Source: a bacterium (GTDB lineage: Bacteria > Zhuqueibacterota > Zhuqueibacteria > Residuimicrobiales > Krinioviventaceae). Taken from it: a DNA stretch of 64,000 bases. Shown one piece after another: positions 10,290 through 22,433 of this stretch. The stretch lies in the NCBI GenBank assembly GCA_963674595.2, contig CAXXFV010000023.1, forward strand, positions 448,001-512,000. Reading direction: 5' to 3'. A program made the translations under genes and the position numbers. Within the stretch, counting starts at the first letter, position 1; every line of letters begins with the position of its first letter. The notes under the pieces are model-generated. The model was given only the letters and a program-made list of their open reading frames with translations, searched no databases and was not told where the DNA came from.

Positions 10290-12059
10290 ATGAAAATATT
10301 CATTTATATATTACTGATTTCAAGTTCTGTTGTTTATTCGGCTGATGTGCGCAAACCATCTGTTCAGGTAGAACATGTCGAGTTTTACGGTGTTTCCAAA
10401 TCCCATGAACATAAAGTAAAAGAATGGTTTGATATAAAAGAAAGTTCTGTTTTTCGTTTGCAATTGTTGGAACAGAGTTGTAAAAAGGTATTAAACGAGT
10501 ACGGCAAAATAGGTATGCCTTTTACAAAAATCGATTCTGTTATTTATTTCATCAATGCTGATTCCAGTAAAGCCGATATACATGTTTATTTGAACGAAGG
10601 GGGTATTGTAAAAACAGGTAATATCCAATTGATAAATCCTGATACAACAGTGACAACAGAATTAAAAGAGCGTTTTGAATCGGCTCCCGGACAAGATGTC
10701 TCTGTAGGCCGTATTGAGTCGGATATTGACGATGCATTGACACAGTTGGAAAAAGACGGACGTCCGTTCGGACGATTTCGGCTAAAGGCCATCAACCTGG
10801 ATTCTGTCGATAATTATTCGGAATTTAATGTTGGATTTGAAACATCCATCGGGCCCCGGCTTGTTATACAGGAAATTCAACTGGCCGGCAACAAGGTGAC
10901 GAAAGACCATGTTATTATTCGGGAAACACGAATAAAACCGGGAGACATTTATAATGAGACCAAGGTTAAAAACATTCGTACGCGTTTGATGCGCCTTGGT
11001 TTTTTTCAACATGTAGATGAACCGGCAGTGTTTTTGGCGGATAAAGATAAGGGCGGTTTGCTGATCAGAGTATCGGAAGGGAATGCCAGTACTTTTGACG
11101 GTGTAATTGGCTATAATCCGGGAACAACGGATGAAAAAGGATATTTTACAGGTTTAATTGATATTTCACTGGGAAATCTGTTCGGCACCGGACGCTCTTT
11201 AAAGGTCCACTGGCAGAAAAGAGACCAAAAAACTCAGGATATTGAATTCCATTATAAAGAACCCTGGATTGCCGGTTTTCCGGTGCACGCCGGTTTTGGT
11301 TTTGAACAGCTCATTCAGGATACCACCTATGTGCAGCGGCAAGTTGCTGTGGATGTTTCCATGCCTCTTTTTGAAAATTTATCAGCCTTTACCAAATTAA
11401 GCCGATTGGAAATATCACCCGATTCCACCGGAAGTTATTTGCTGGGCATTCCAAGAAGCCGGACATTAAATGCTTCTATCGGTATCAGCTATGATACGCG
11501 TGATGATTTGCTGAACCCGAGACAAGGCGCCTTTTATGAAACAAGCATTCAGGCTGGAAAGAAAAAAAATCTGGGACCGGATGATTTGGTTGAAGCATAT
11601 CAATTGAAAAAAAATATAAACAACAAACAAATTTCATTGGATATTGAATTTTATATTCCTTTATTTAAAAGACAGGTTTTTGCGTTATCTTTTCACGGTC
11701 GTCAAATAACCAGTAATGAACAATATATACCTGTTCCTGACCAGTATCGGTTGGGAGGTGCCAGAACGTTGAGAGGATACCGTGAAGATCAGTTCAGAGG
11801 GAGTAGTGTGGCGTGGTCAAACGTGGAGTACCGTTATATCCTTGGTCGACGGTCGCGTGCTTTTCTTTTTACGGACCATGGTTATTATACCAGTTTGAAC
11901 GAATCCGGAAAAACCGAAGCCTATAAAATTGGATATGGTTTTGGTTTTCGTTTGGAAACCGGCTTGGGAATTATGGGTATTGACTATGGTTTCGGAAAAG
12001 GGGAGGGTGACGGTTTGTTTAGCGGAAAGATACATGTTGGCTTAATTAACGAGTTTTAA
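10290..12059 (+). CDS. Omp85 (BamA/TamA) family outer-membrane protein with POTRA domains
   Basis: POTRA motif GNKVTKDHVIIRE...RLMRLGFF, NLFGTG, YDTRDDLLNPRQG, RLGGARTLRGY loop and C-terminal Phe. Shorter than a canonical BamA. Confidence 0.85.
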   Translation: MKIFIYILLISSSVVYSADVRKPSVQVEHVEFYGVSKSHEHKVKEWFDIKESSVFRLQLLEQSCKKVLNEYGKIGMPFTKIDSVIYFINADSSKADIHVYLNEGGIVKTGNIQLINPDTTVTTELKERFESAPGQDVSVGRIESDIDDALTQLEKDGRPFGRFRLKAINLDSVDNYSEFNVGFETSIGPRLVIQEIQLAGNKVTKDHVIIRETRIKPGDIYNETKVKNIRTRLMRLGFFQHVDEPAVFLADKDKGGLLIRVSEGNASTFDGVIGYNPGTTDEKGYFTGLIDISLGNLFGTGRSLKVHWQKRDQKTQDIEFHYKEPWIAGFPVHAGFGFEQLIQDTTYVQRQVAVDVSMPLFENLSAFTKLSRLEISPDSTGSYLLGIPRSRTLNASIGISYDTRDDLLNPRQGAFYETSIQAGKKKNLGPDDLVEAYQLKKNINNKQISLDIEFYIPLFKRQVFALSFHGRQITSNEQYIPVPDQYRLGGARTLRGYREDQFRGSSVAWSNVEYRYILGRRSRAFLFTDHGYYTSLNESGKTEAYKIGYGFGFRLETGLGIMGIDYGFGKGEGDGLFSGKIHVGLINEF

Positions 12060-12143
12060 TAATATAATATTTAAAAACATAGACATCTTTTAATTTTTTT
12101 TGTACATTTCATTAAACAATAACTGATTAGTAGCGAGCAAATC

Positions 12144-13700
12144 ATGAAATTACATTCGGACAAATTCCCTTTTTCAGGATTGATGTTTTTTATCCCGGTT
12201 ATTCTGCTTTTACTGTTCTTTTCTCAAGATGTTTTTGCAGATACGACAAACGTTATGATAGTCCTTGATGCTTCCGGAAGTATGGGTGAAAAAATTGAGG
12301 GCCAGACAAAGCTTGATATTGCAAAAAAAGTGATTCATGATGTTCTTTTAACACTCCCGCCGGATGTTCGGGTTGGTTTACGTGTATACGGGCATCAATC
12401 GCCCAAATTTTTAAAAGACTGTTATGATTCCAGATTGGAAGTCCCTCTCGGATTCCATGACGCTTCACAAATAGAAAAGGTGCTTGTGCCTATTCAGCCC
12501 AGAGGATATACTCCATTGGCATATACACTGGATGCTATTAAAAATGATTTTATATATAACGGAAAGAATGTTATTATTTGTATGACGGATGGTGTGGAGA
12601 CCTGTGATGGTGACCCTTGTTTGATTGCTGATAATTTAAGGCGCCTGGATATTTCTGTAAAAATTCACATGATTGGGTTTGATGTGGGTGAAATCGATCA
12701 GGAAATCCTCATGTGTGTTCCAAAAAATTCAGGCGGACAATATTTTTCTGCAAATAATTCCGTCCAGTTGGAAAATGCATTGCAGGATGCTTTTAAAATG
12801 AGTATTAATCCCGGATATTTAATCCTGGAGTTTAAAAATTTAAAACTTGGAGGCGGTGTTATTTTCGGCAAACTGTTTACCGAAGATAATGAATTCCTTT
12901 TTTCGCAGGCCAGAACAGATCAAAAAATAGCATTACCACCCGGTGTTTTCAAAATTCGGGATTTTTATATATGGTCTCCGTCAGACCCCAATCCATATAA
13001 TGATTCTAATGTTTCCATTGATAGTGTTCGTGTCGTCAGTGGTAATGAAACCGTCGTCCCTTTGGATGAGTATGCGATTATTGACGCCGAAATTATTTTC
13101 CCGATGGACTTTCCACAGGAAACCAAAGTAATCATAAATGATTTAACGCGTGCCAAAATACACGATGAAATTATTATCAATGCTGTGGAAAAAAAGTTTT
13201 TACTGCGTTCCGGGGAATATAAAATTTCTGCGAGTTTAGTATCTGAACCTGATAGAATAATAGCGAAACAATATGTGTTTTTGCCGCAATCCTATAATGA
13301 AATTATTATAGATTTAAAACCGTTTGATTATACGCCTTTTATTTTTGGCGGTGGAATAGGGCTTTTTGTTCTTTTTCTTATTTTATGGATGCGCAAATCA
13401 CGCCAGGACCCCCATAAAGTAATTATTGAATTTGCAAAAAATCCTCAATCATTTCGAGGCAAAATTGTGGAACTGGAGCTTCGTTTGAGCCCGGAAGACA
13501 AAGCATGTGGACATGCTGTTTCATTTTGGACTTATTTCCCCGTAGACCTGGGTGTCCAGATTTATGTTCCGGCGAAATTTTTCAAAATTAAGAGTTTTGA
13601 TACCAGTTATAAAATTTTGGTGAAATTTATGTGCCAATCCGGAGATCATTTAAAAGGTAATGTTTTGATTTCTTATAAAAGAGGTACAAAAATTAAATAG
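12144..13700 (+). CDS. VWA-domain membrane protein
   Basis: Signal peptide, MIDAS motif DASGS, TPLA, TDGVETC, and a TM helix near residue 400. Confidence 0.8.
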   Translation: MKLHSDKFPFSGLMFFIPVILLLLFFSQDVFADTTNVMIVLDASGSMGEKIEGQTKLDIAKKVIHDVLLTLPPDVRVGLRVYGHQSPKFLKDCYDSRLEVPLGFHDASQIEKVLVPIQPRGYTPLAYTLDAIKNDFIYNGKNVIICMTDGVETCDGDPCLIADNLRRLDISVKIHMIGFDVGEIDQEILMCVPKNSGGQYFSANNSVQLENALQDAFKMSINPGYLILEFKNLKLGGGVIFGKLFTEDNEFLFSQARTDQKIALPPGVFKIRDFYIWSPSDPNPYNDSNVSIDSVRVVSGNETVVPLDEYAIIDAEIIFPMDFPQETKVIINDLTRAKIHDEIIINAVEKKFLLRSGEYKISASLVSEPDRIIAKQYVFLPQSYNEIIIDLKPFDYTPFIFGGGIGLFVLFLILWMRKSRQDPHKVIIEFAKNPQSFRGKIVELELRLSPEDKACGHAVSFWTYFPVDLGVQIYVPAKFFKIKSFDTSYKILVKFMCQSGDHLKGNVLISYKRGTKIK

Positions 13701-13722
13701 TATTATTTGAGTAGAGGTTAAA

Positions 13723-14277
13723 TTGTCCGATTCTGTATTAAGAAAATTAAGCTTTGAAGAAATTCACAGTCAACGTCCTGATATAAAAAAATTGTCCAAA
13801 ATTGATCGTCATCCTGTTGTTGTATTGCTGGATGATATTAGGAGTTTGCATAATGTTGGGGCTGTTTTCCGAACTGCGGATGGTATTCATTTGGAACATA
13901 TATATTTATGCGGTATTACCGGAACACCCCCCAGAACTGAAATTCGTAAAACCAGTCTAGGAGCAGAGGAAGCTGTTCCCTGGACCTATATTAATGATGC
14001 GGCCGGTGTTATTGAACAATTAAAAAAAGATGGTTATCAAATTGTTGTTTTGGAACATACCAACGATAGCAAGGACTTTCGCAAAGCCGACTATAAATTC
14101 CCTCTTTGCCTTATTGTGGGCAATGAGTTTCACGGTGTAAAGGATGAACTTGTTCCCATGGCTGATTTGGCGATTGAAATTCCCATGTTTGGAATTAAAC
14201 AATCCTTTAATGTTTCTGTTGCCTTTGGCATAGCCGCTTATGAAATTTTGTCTCATTGGGAACAGAATAATAAATAG
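13723..14277 (+). CDS. SpoU/TrmH family RNA methyltransferase
   Basis: DIRSLHNVGAVFRTAD, VGNEFHGV, IEIPMFGIKQSFNVSVA. Confidence 0.9.
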   Translation: MSDSVLRKLSFEEIHSQRPDIKKLSKIDRHPVVVLLDDIRSLHNVGAVFRTADGIHLEHIYLCGITGTPPRTEIRKTSLGAEEAVPWTYINDAAGVIEQLKKDGYQIVVLEHTNDSKDFRKADYKFPLCLIVGNEFHGVKDELVPMADLAIEIPMFGIKQSFNVSVAFGIAAYEILSHWEQNNK

Positions 14278-14490
14278 TTGGGATTGTTATCAAGTCAAAT
14301 GAAAAACTATTTTTCAAAAATCGACCGTTTTCAGAAAAGAGGAATAGTGTGCATTGTAATTGGCGCTTTGTTGCTTGTTTATAAAGGCCTTGTCGTTAAA
14401 ACAATGTCATACATCGAGTTTCTGCTTTACCTGGGTCTTATAGGTGTTGGTGTGATTATAATGACACATTTGAAGGAAAATAAAGACTGA
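14278..14490 (+). CDS. Small hypothetical membrane protein (2 TM)
   Basis: 70-aa ORF filling the operon gap, with two hydrophobic helices. Start uncertain. Confidence 0.55.
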   Translation: MGLLSSQMKNYFSKIDRFQKRGIVCIVIGALLLVYKGLVVKTMSYIEFLLYLGLIGVGVIIMTHLKENKD

Positions 14491-16454
14491 GTAACTATTG
14501 GCGACATTTTCTTTCTGGGTTTTTGTTTTTATCTGTTTCTATTGCCTTTACGCAGGAGAAATCCGGTGTATCTTTTCATCTCACCAAAAATTCATCCGCT
14601 GATATAGATTCATCTTTTGATGTTCTTTGTTATAATATTTTTTTGGATATAAATCCGCAAAATGAATATATCATTGGTGAAACAGAGCTTACATTTCGAC
14701 TGAATGAAGAAAAGTCATCAGTTTATTTGAATTTATTGGGTTTACAGGTAGATTCCGTTAAGCTGGACGATTCTGCAGTTTCATTTATTCGTGATAAAAA
14801 AGGATTATCCATTCCGATAAATTCTCCTCATGATTCGTTACGGGTTCAGGTTTATTATCAGGGCAGACCGGCAAACGACGGTACCGGCGGATTTTTCTTT
14901 ACCGATCGTTGGGTTTATACTATGGGTGAAGCGTTAAACTCTAATCCGTCGTCATCTTTTCGATATTGGGTTCCGTCGCACGATCAACCTCATGATAAAG
15001 CTGCCGTTGACCTTTATATTACTGTCCCAACCGGTTTACAGGTCGTTTCAAACGGACTTTTACTGGAACAAACGCCGGTTAACGAAAAAACGCTATTCCA
15101 TTGGCAGGAACACCATCCGATTGCTACCTATTTAATTGCTGTATCAGTCGGTGATTTTGCACATGAACAAAAAAGCTATGAGAGCATTGACGGCAATATT
15201 ATTCCTTTTGAATATTATTATTACCCGGAACATGCCGGACTTGTTCAGAAGGATTGGCAAAATACAGGAATAATGATGCGTTTTTTTGAAGAAACATTTT
15301 CTTCATATCCTTTTGACAAATACGGAATGGTTGAACTTCCCGTTTCGGGCGCTATGGAACACCAGACAATGACCTCCTATGGCCAAAATCTGCTGACCGG
15401 AAATAATAAATTTGATTATATTGTCGCCCATGAACTGGCGCACCAATGGTGGGGCGACCTGGTGACGCTTAAGGACTGGCGAGAAATATGGCTGAATGAA
15501 GGTTTTGCCAGTTATAGTGAAGCCCTTTATTTTGAACATATCGGTGGCCCGGAGGATTTGAAAGTATATATGCAGGGCCTTAAGGACCTTTATCTCAAAG
15601 AAGTGCGAAATATTGGTCATTTTCCCATTTATGATCCGGAATATATGTGGGGAGGAACGGTTTATCAAAAGGGCGCCTGGATTTTACATATGTTAAGACG
15701 ACAAATTGGAGATTCATCTTTTTTTAATTTGTTAAGAACCTATGCCCAAAATTTTGCCTATAAAAATGCTGCCATTTCGGATTTTGTTTCTCTTGCTGAA
15801 AAGGCAAGCGGCCAAAATCTGGAATGGTTTTTTGAACAATGGATATATGACAAGGGATTTCCGGAAATTGATATTGATTGGGACCTGCAACAATTATCTG
15901 AAAACCGATATGAAATTCAAATTGAACTCTCTCAAACCCAGACAACACAGGATTTTTTTGTGTTTCCGTTGGAAATAGGGATTCAAATGAAGAATTTTAT
16001 TGTTTTAGATACATTATATGTCGAGATGAAAAATCAATTGTTTGCTTTTGAAACAAACCAGGAACCTCAGAATATTTTGTTTGATCCGGATGGATGGCTT
16101 TTGACAAACATCAGAATTAAAAGCCGTCCGCTTCCTGTCGGTTTTTTGGAAAATACGATTGCTTTATCTCAAAATTACCCAAATCCCTTTATACCGGAAG
16201 AATATCAGTCTTGTTCAATAATGTTTCAGATACCGGAAAAGTATTCGCCTCAGAACGTAACCCTGGTTGTTTATAATCTGTTAGGCCAGGAGATAAAACG
16301 GCTGATAGATAAAAAAATGACGGCCGGAATTTACACCTGGCAATGGGACGGCACAGATAACAGTGGTCTCAATGTTGCAACCGGTACCTATTTTTATACA
16401 CTTGCTACAAATTATCAAACCATTAAAAAACAAATGTCGGTCATTCGACATTAA
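14487..16454 (+). CDS. M1 family zinc aminopeptidase with C-terminal T9SS/FlgD-like domain
   Basis: GAMEH, HELAHQWWG...WLNEGFA, YQKG and a QNYPNPF...WDG C-terminal domain. Start is either TTG 14523 or CTG 14487, which gives a fuller signal peptide. Confidence 0.88.
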   Translation: MSNYWRHFLSGFLFLSVSIAFTQEKSGVSFHLTKNSSADIDSSFDVLCYNIFLDINPQNEYIIGETELTFRLNEEKSSVYLNLLGLQVDSVKLDDSAVSFIRDKKGLSIPINSPHDSLRVQVYYQGRPANDGTGGFFFTDRWVYTMGEALNSNPSSSFRYWVPSHDQPHDKAAVDLYITVPTGLQVVSNGLLLEQTPVNEKTLFHWQEHHPIATYLIAVSVGDFAHEQKSYESIDGNIIPFEYYYYPEHAGLVQKDWQNTGIMMRFFEETFSSYPFDKYGMVELPVSGAMEHQTMTSYGQNLLTGNNKFDYIVAHELAHQWWGDLVTLKDWREIWLNEGFASYSEALYFEHIGGPEDLKVYMQGLKDLYLKEVRNIGHFPIYDPEYMWGGTVYQKGAWILHMLRRQIGDSSFFNLLRTYAQNFAYKNAAISDFVSLAEKASGQNLEWFFEQWIYDKGFPEIDIDWDLQQLSENRYEIQIELSQTQTTQDFFVFPLEIGIQMKNFIVLDTLYVEMKNQLFAFETNQEPQNILFDPDGWLLTNIRIKSRPLPVGFLENTIALSQNYPNPFIPEEYQSCSIMFQIPEKYSPQNVTLVVYNLLGQEIKRLIDKKMTAGIYTWQWDGTDNSGLNVATGTYFYTLATNYQTIKKQMSVIRH

Positions 16455-16473
16455 AATAAATGAAAGGAAAATT

Positions 16474-17238
16474 ATGGTGGATATTAATCTAAGTCTTAAA
16501 GGAAAAACTGCCCTGGTTACCGGAGGTTCACGTGGAATAGGACGCGCTATAGCCGTCCGTTTAGCACAAGCCGGTGCTGATGTTGCTATTAACTATCTTC
16601 GCCAACGTTCTGCTGCTAATGAAACGCTCGAACAAATTGAAGCAGCCGGTGCAAAGGCACTTGCCATTCGCGCTAATGTTGGTGATCATGAAAATATTCA
16701 CCACATGTTTGAACAAATTGAGAAAGAGTTTGGACATCTTGATATATTGATCAGTAATGCTGCTTCCGGTGTTTTAAAACCTGCTATGGAATTGACAGAA
16801 CGTCACTGGAGATGGACAATGGATATTAATGCCGGAACGCTGTTGCCTTTGGCCCAACATTCACTTCCTTTAATGAACGGCAATGGAAAAATTGTTGCTG
16901 TGTCCAGTTTAGGCTCTATTCGTGCCATCCCTAATTATGCGGCTGTCGGCGCTTCCAAAGCAGCCCTGGAATCTTTGATTCGCCATTTGGCGGCTGAGCT
17001 GGCACCGAAAGGAATTTCAGTTAATGCGGTTTCCGCCGGAGTTGTGGACACCGATGCTCTTAAACATTTTCCGAACAGAGATGATATGATTGGTTCTTCT
17101 CTTGCCAAAACGCCATCCGGACGTTTAACAACACCGGAAGATGTGGCAGATATAGCTTTATTTTTGTGCAGCGATCTGGCAAAACAGATTCAGGGACAAA
17201 CAATCGTTGTAGATGGAGGATATTCTATTTTAGGTTAA
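16474..17238 (+). CDS. fabL: Enoyl-ACP reductase FabL-like SDR
   Basis: NAASGVLKPAMEL..HW.WTM.IN, SSLGSIR, Y..VG.SKAALE and DTDALKHFPNR match B. subtilis FabL as recalled. ATG 16474 follows AAGGA. Confidence 0.8.
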   Translation: MVDINLSLKGKTALVTGGSRGIGRAIAVRLAQAGADVAINYLRQRSAANETLEQIEAAGAKALAIRANVGDHENIHHMFEQIEKEFGHLDILISNAASGVLKPAMELTERHWRWTMDINAGTLLPLAQHSLPLMNGNGKIVAVSSLGSIRAIPNYAAVGASKAALESLIRHLAAELAPKGISVNAVSAGVVDTDALKHFPNRDDMIGSSLAKTPSGRLTTPEDVADIALFLCSDLAKQIQGQTIVVDGGYSILG

Positions 17239-17279
17239 GTAAACAAGTGATTGATTGATACTTCTAACTGAGGTAGTAT

Positions 17280-17990
17280 ATGTCTAATAATGATATATGG
17301 GCACTCGTCCTCTCTTATGGATATGCATTTGATTTGTTGTTTTTTGTAGAATTTCTCGGCAAAAAATTTCAATGGTCGCTGGACCTGTCGCGCAAAATTA
17401 TCCATATCGGAGCCGGATTATGGGTATGGGCAATCGTAATGTTGTTTGATACCTGGTATTTTGGGATTATCCCATTTGCTACGTTTATTGTGTTAAATTA
17501 TATCTTTTACCGCAGGCAATCCTTTAAGCAGATGGACAATGAACAGTCAACCCTTGGAACGGTTTATTTTGCAATTTCTATTACAGTCTTGTTTTTATTG
17601 TTCTGGAGAAAACAAGGTCCATCTGATTACGCACCTATTGTCGTTGCTGCCGTTATGGCAATGACACTGGGCGATGCATTTGCCAGTATTTTGGGGATCA
17701 AGTATGGTAAAAAAGGTTACACTGTTTTTAAATTTAAAAAAACTATTATCGGTTCTTTGGCGATGTTTGCTTTTAGCCTGATCGGAATCGGTGCCAGTCT
17801 CTGGTTTCTTTCCGGTTCCAGTTTTAGCCCGTTCAGCGCAGTTCTGTCAGTGGAAGCCATTATTGCATTAACACTGATTTCCTCTGTTTTTGCCGCATTT
17901 GCCGAGGGCGTTTCGCCTGCCGGGACTGATAATCTGACGGTCCCTCTTGGTACCGGACTTTTACTTTATTTTTTGGTTAATTTATTATAA
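17280..17990 (+). CDS. Phytol/dolichol kinase (CTP_transf_1) family membrane protein
   Basis: SRKIIHIG, LGDAFASILG..YG, KKT..GS and DNLTVP motifs. Multiple TM helices. Confidence 0.82.
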   Translation: MSNNDIWALVLSYGYAFDLLFFVEFLGKKFQWSLDLSRKIIHIGAGLWVWAIVMLFDTWYFGIIPFATFIVLNYIFYRRQSFKQMDNEQSTLGTVYFAISITVLFLLFWRKQGPSDYAPIVVAAVMAMTLGDAFASILGIKYGKKGYTVFKFKKTIIGSLAMFAFSLIGIGASLWFLSGSSFSPFSAVLSVEAIIALTLISSVFAAFAEGVSPAGTDNLTVPLGTGLLLYFLVNLL

Positions 17991-18001
17991 TTTTTTCGTA
18001 T

Positions 18002-18042
18002 AAAAAAAGCCCCAACATTTTAAAAATATTGGGGCTTTTTTA
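18002..18042. terminator. Bidirectional intrinsic terminator between convergent genes
   Basis: AAAAAAAGCCCCAA ... TTGGGGCTTTTTT inverted repeat. Confidence 0.8.
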
Positions 18043-20776
<2,734 letters not shown>

Positions 20777-20925
20777 TGGCGGTCCTTTCGGTACAATAGA
20801 TGTAGAGAACGAGTTTTGTTTTTAAGCGTTGGTATTCAGGAAAACATTATAAAAGATACTAAAAATGAATTTAAAATACTATGGCTTTCAAAAGTATGAC
20901 AAGGAAAAAGTTATAAAATTTTTTT

Positions 20926-22368
20926 TTAAAACGACAACAAACATTGCCAAATAAACATATGGCCCAGATCATCCGTATTTTCCCATATTGTCTTTACAAT
21001 GTCTGCATCTCCGGAAATCTGTGGTAATTCTTTTTGCTTTTCCTGCCAGGGTATGCAAACACCCGGTCGGGTAAGAGTATTTTTATGCTCAGGCATTCCA
21101 TAGTTTTTGTCATAGGGCACGTTTTCATCCGGCTTTACATATTGCGGTGTGGATGGATCTATATGACCGTCAGAATACACGCCGTATTCACGGGTGAAAT
21201 TTGTAAGAGCTTTTATGTTTTCAACTTTTGTATCGTTTTGCATAATCGCACTGGCATCCATAATGTAACCGCCGTCCCGGGCGATGGTGTCAATAATGTT
21301 TTTGCAATAATCCTGAACATCCTGGGGAGAACCCAGGGCCAGAATGGCATTTGGTACGCCACCGCTTAAACAGAATTTATGTCCCAGTTTTTTATGTGTC
21401 AGGAGATAATCTCCCCGGTCGATATGATAAACAATACTGGAGAGGGGTAATTCGGCAAAACTATCCAGATGATGGTCCCAGCTTCCTTCGGCGTAAAAAA
21501 GCGTCTGGTTGCCGTTGCGCCAAAGTTCTTCAATAATCGGTTTTATTGTGGGCCAGTAATGGGATTCAAATTGTCCTTTGGAAACAAAAGGAAGGCCGCC
21601 GCGATGCATCCAGTAACCGACCGGCACCTGGTGGTTTGGGTCTGCTGATGATTGGGCAATGTGATAAATATGCGGCATCAAAGCTTCGCAGGCCTTGAGC
21701 ACTTTATTCGGCTGGTTCATCATATCCATTGTCAGCCCAATATAGCCACGGAGCTTATCGGCAAGAATATCAAATGGCGCTTTTAAAATTCCGGAAATAG
21801 CGGAAACAACACCAATATCGTTTTTCAGCGTTTCTCCCTGCGGACCAAAAGCATTAAAGTATTGCATCATGGCCATGCCGCCTTTGACAAACGCAAGGTT
21901 GTTACGAAAAGATGTTTTTTCGTCTGCTGCCTTAATTTCCGTAGAAACACGCGGCAGCCAGACATTATACAAAAAGTCGGTTGGATTTTTTATCAGCAAG
22001 TCATATTCATCTGCTTTCATAAAAGCATTTTCTTCTTTAGGCTCCAGGTATTGAAACGCCGTATCAGGAGAAATTTCAATACCGGGCGTTGCATAGTACT
22101 TTAAACCAATTGCCTGGGTTAATCCGGTCCATACATACACCATATTACCTACTACGGCGTCCCAGTCAAAGTCTTTAGCACATTTTTGGGCGGCAATAAA
22201 GGCTTTGTTAAAATCATGGGTCACTTGCTGACAGGTCATGCCGGTGTATTTTGCTGTAAATTCGGCTACAAACGGACGAATGGGTATTTTGTCCGGTTTT
22301 TCGTTTTTCATAGCCGTTACATAACGGGCAAGTCGTTCCTGGTAAATTTCAGACGTTGATTTTTGCAT
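20926..22368 (-). CDS. Uroporphyrinogen decarboxylase / MtaA-CmuA methyltransferase superfamily protein
   Basis: KPDKIP, APFD.LAD.LRG, YWPTIK, FCLSGGVP, GGYIM and KVENI motifs, plus a C-terminal extension. Confidence 0.75.
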   Translation of the reverse strand: MQKSTSEIYQERLARYVTAMKNEKPDKIPIRPFVAEFTAKYTGMTCQQVTHDFNKAFIAAQKCAKDFDWDAVVGNMVYVWTGLTQAIGLKYYATPGIEISPDTAFQYLEPKEENAFMKADEYDLLIKNPTDFLYNVWLPRVSTEIKAADEKTSFRNNLAFVKGGMAMMQYFNAFGPQGETLKNDIGVVSAISGILKAPFDILADKLRGYIGLTMDMMNQPNKVLKACEALMPHIYHIAQSSADPNHQVPVGYWMHRGGLPFVSKGQFESHYWPTIKPIIEELWRNGNQTLFYAEGSWDHHLDSFAELPLSSIVYHIDRGDYLLTHKKLGHKFCLSGGVPNAILALGSPQDVQDYCKNIIDTIARDGGYIMDASAIMQNDTKVENIKALTNFTREYGVYSDGHIDPSTPQYVKPDENVPYDKNYGMPEHKNTLTRPGVCIPWQEKQKELPQISGDADIVKTIWENTDDLGHMFIWQCLLSF

Positions 22369-22433
22369 GATTTCCTCCGCATATATGGAATGCCTGGCAA
22401 TTATATCAAGTACTGTTTAAGGGAAATATAGGA

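Noticed and set aside
16363-16473. N-terminal extensions in the ORF track (fabL from 16363; also GH1 19473, 34143, 38464, 46874, 62607)
   Set aside because: They overlap neighbouring genes or regulatory DNA. Downstream ATGs have clear RBSs or family-consistent N-termini.
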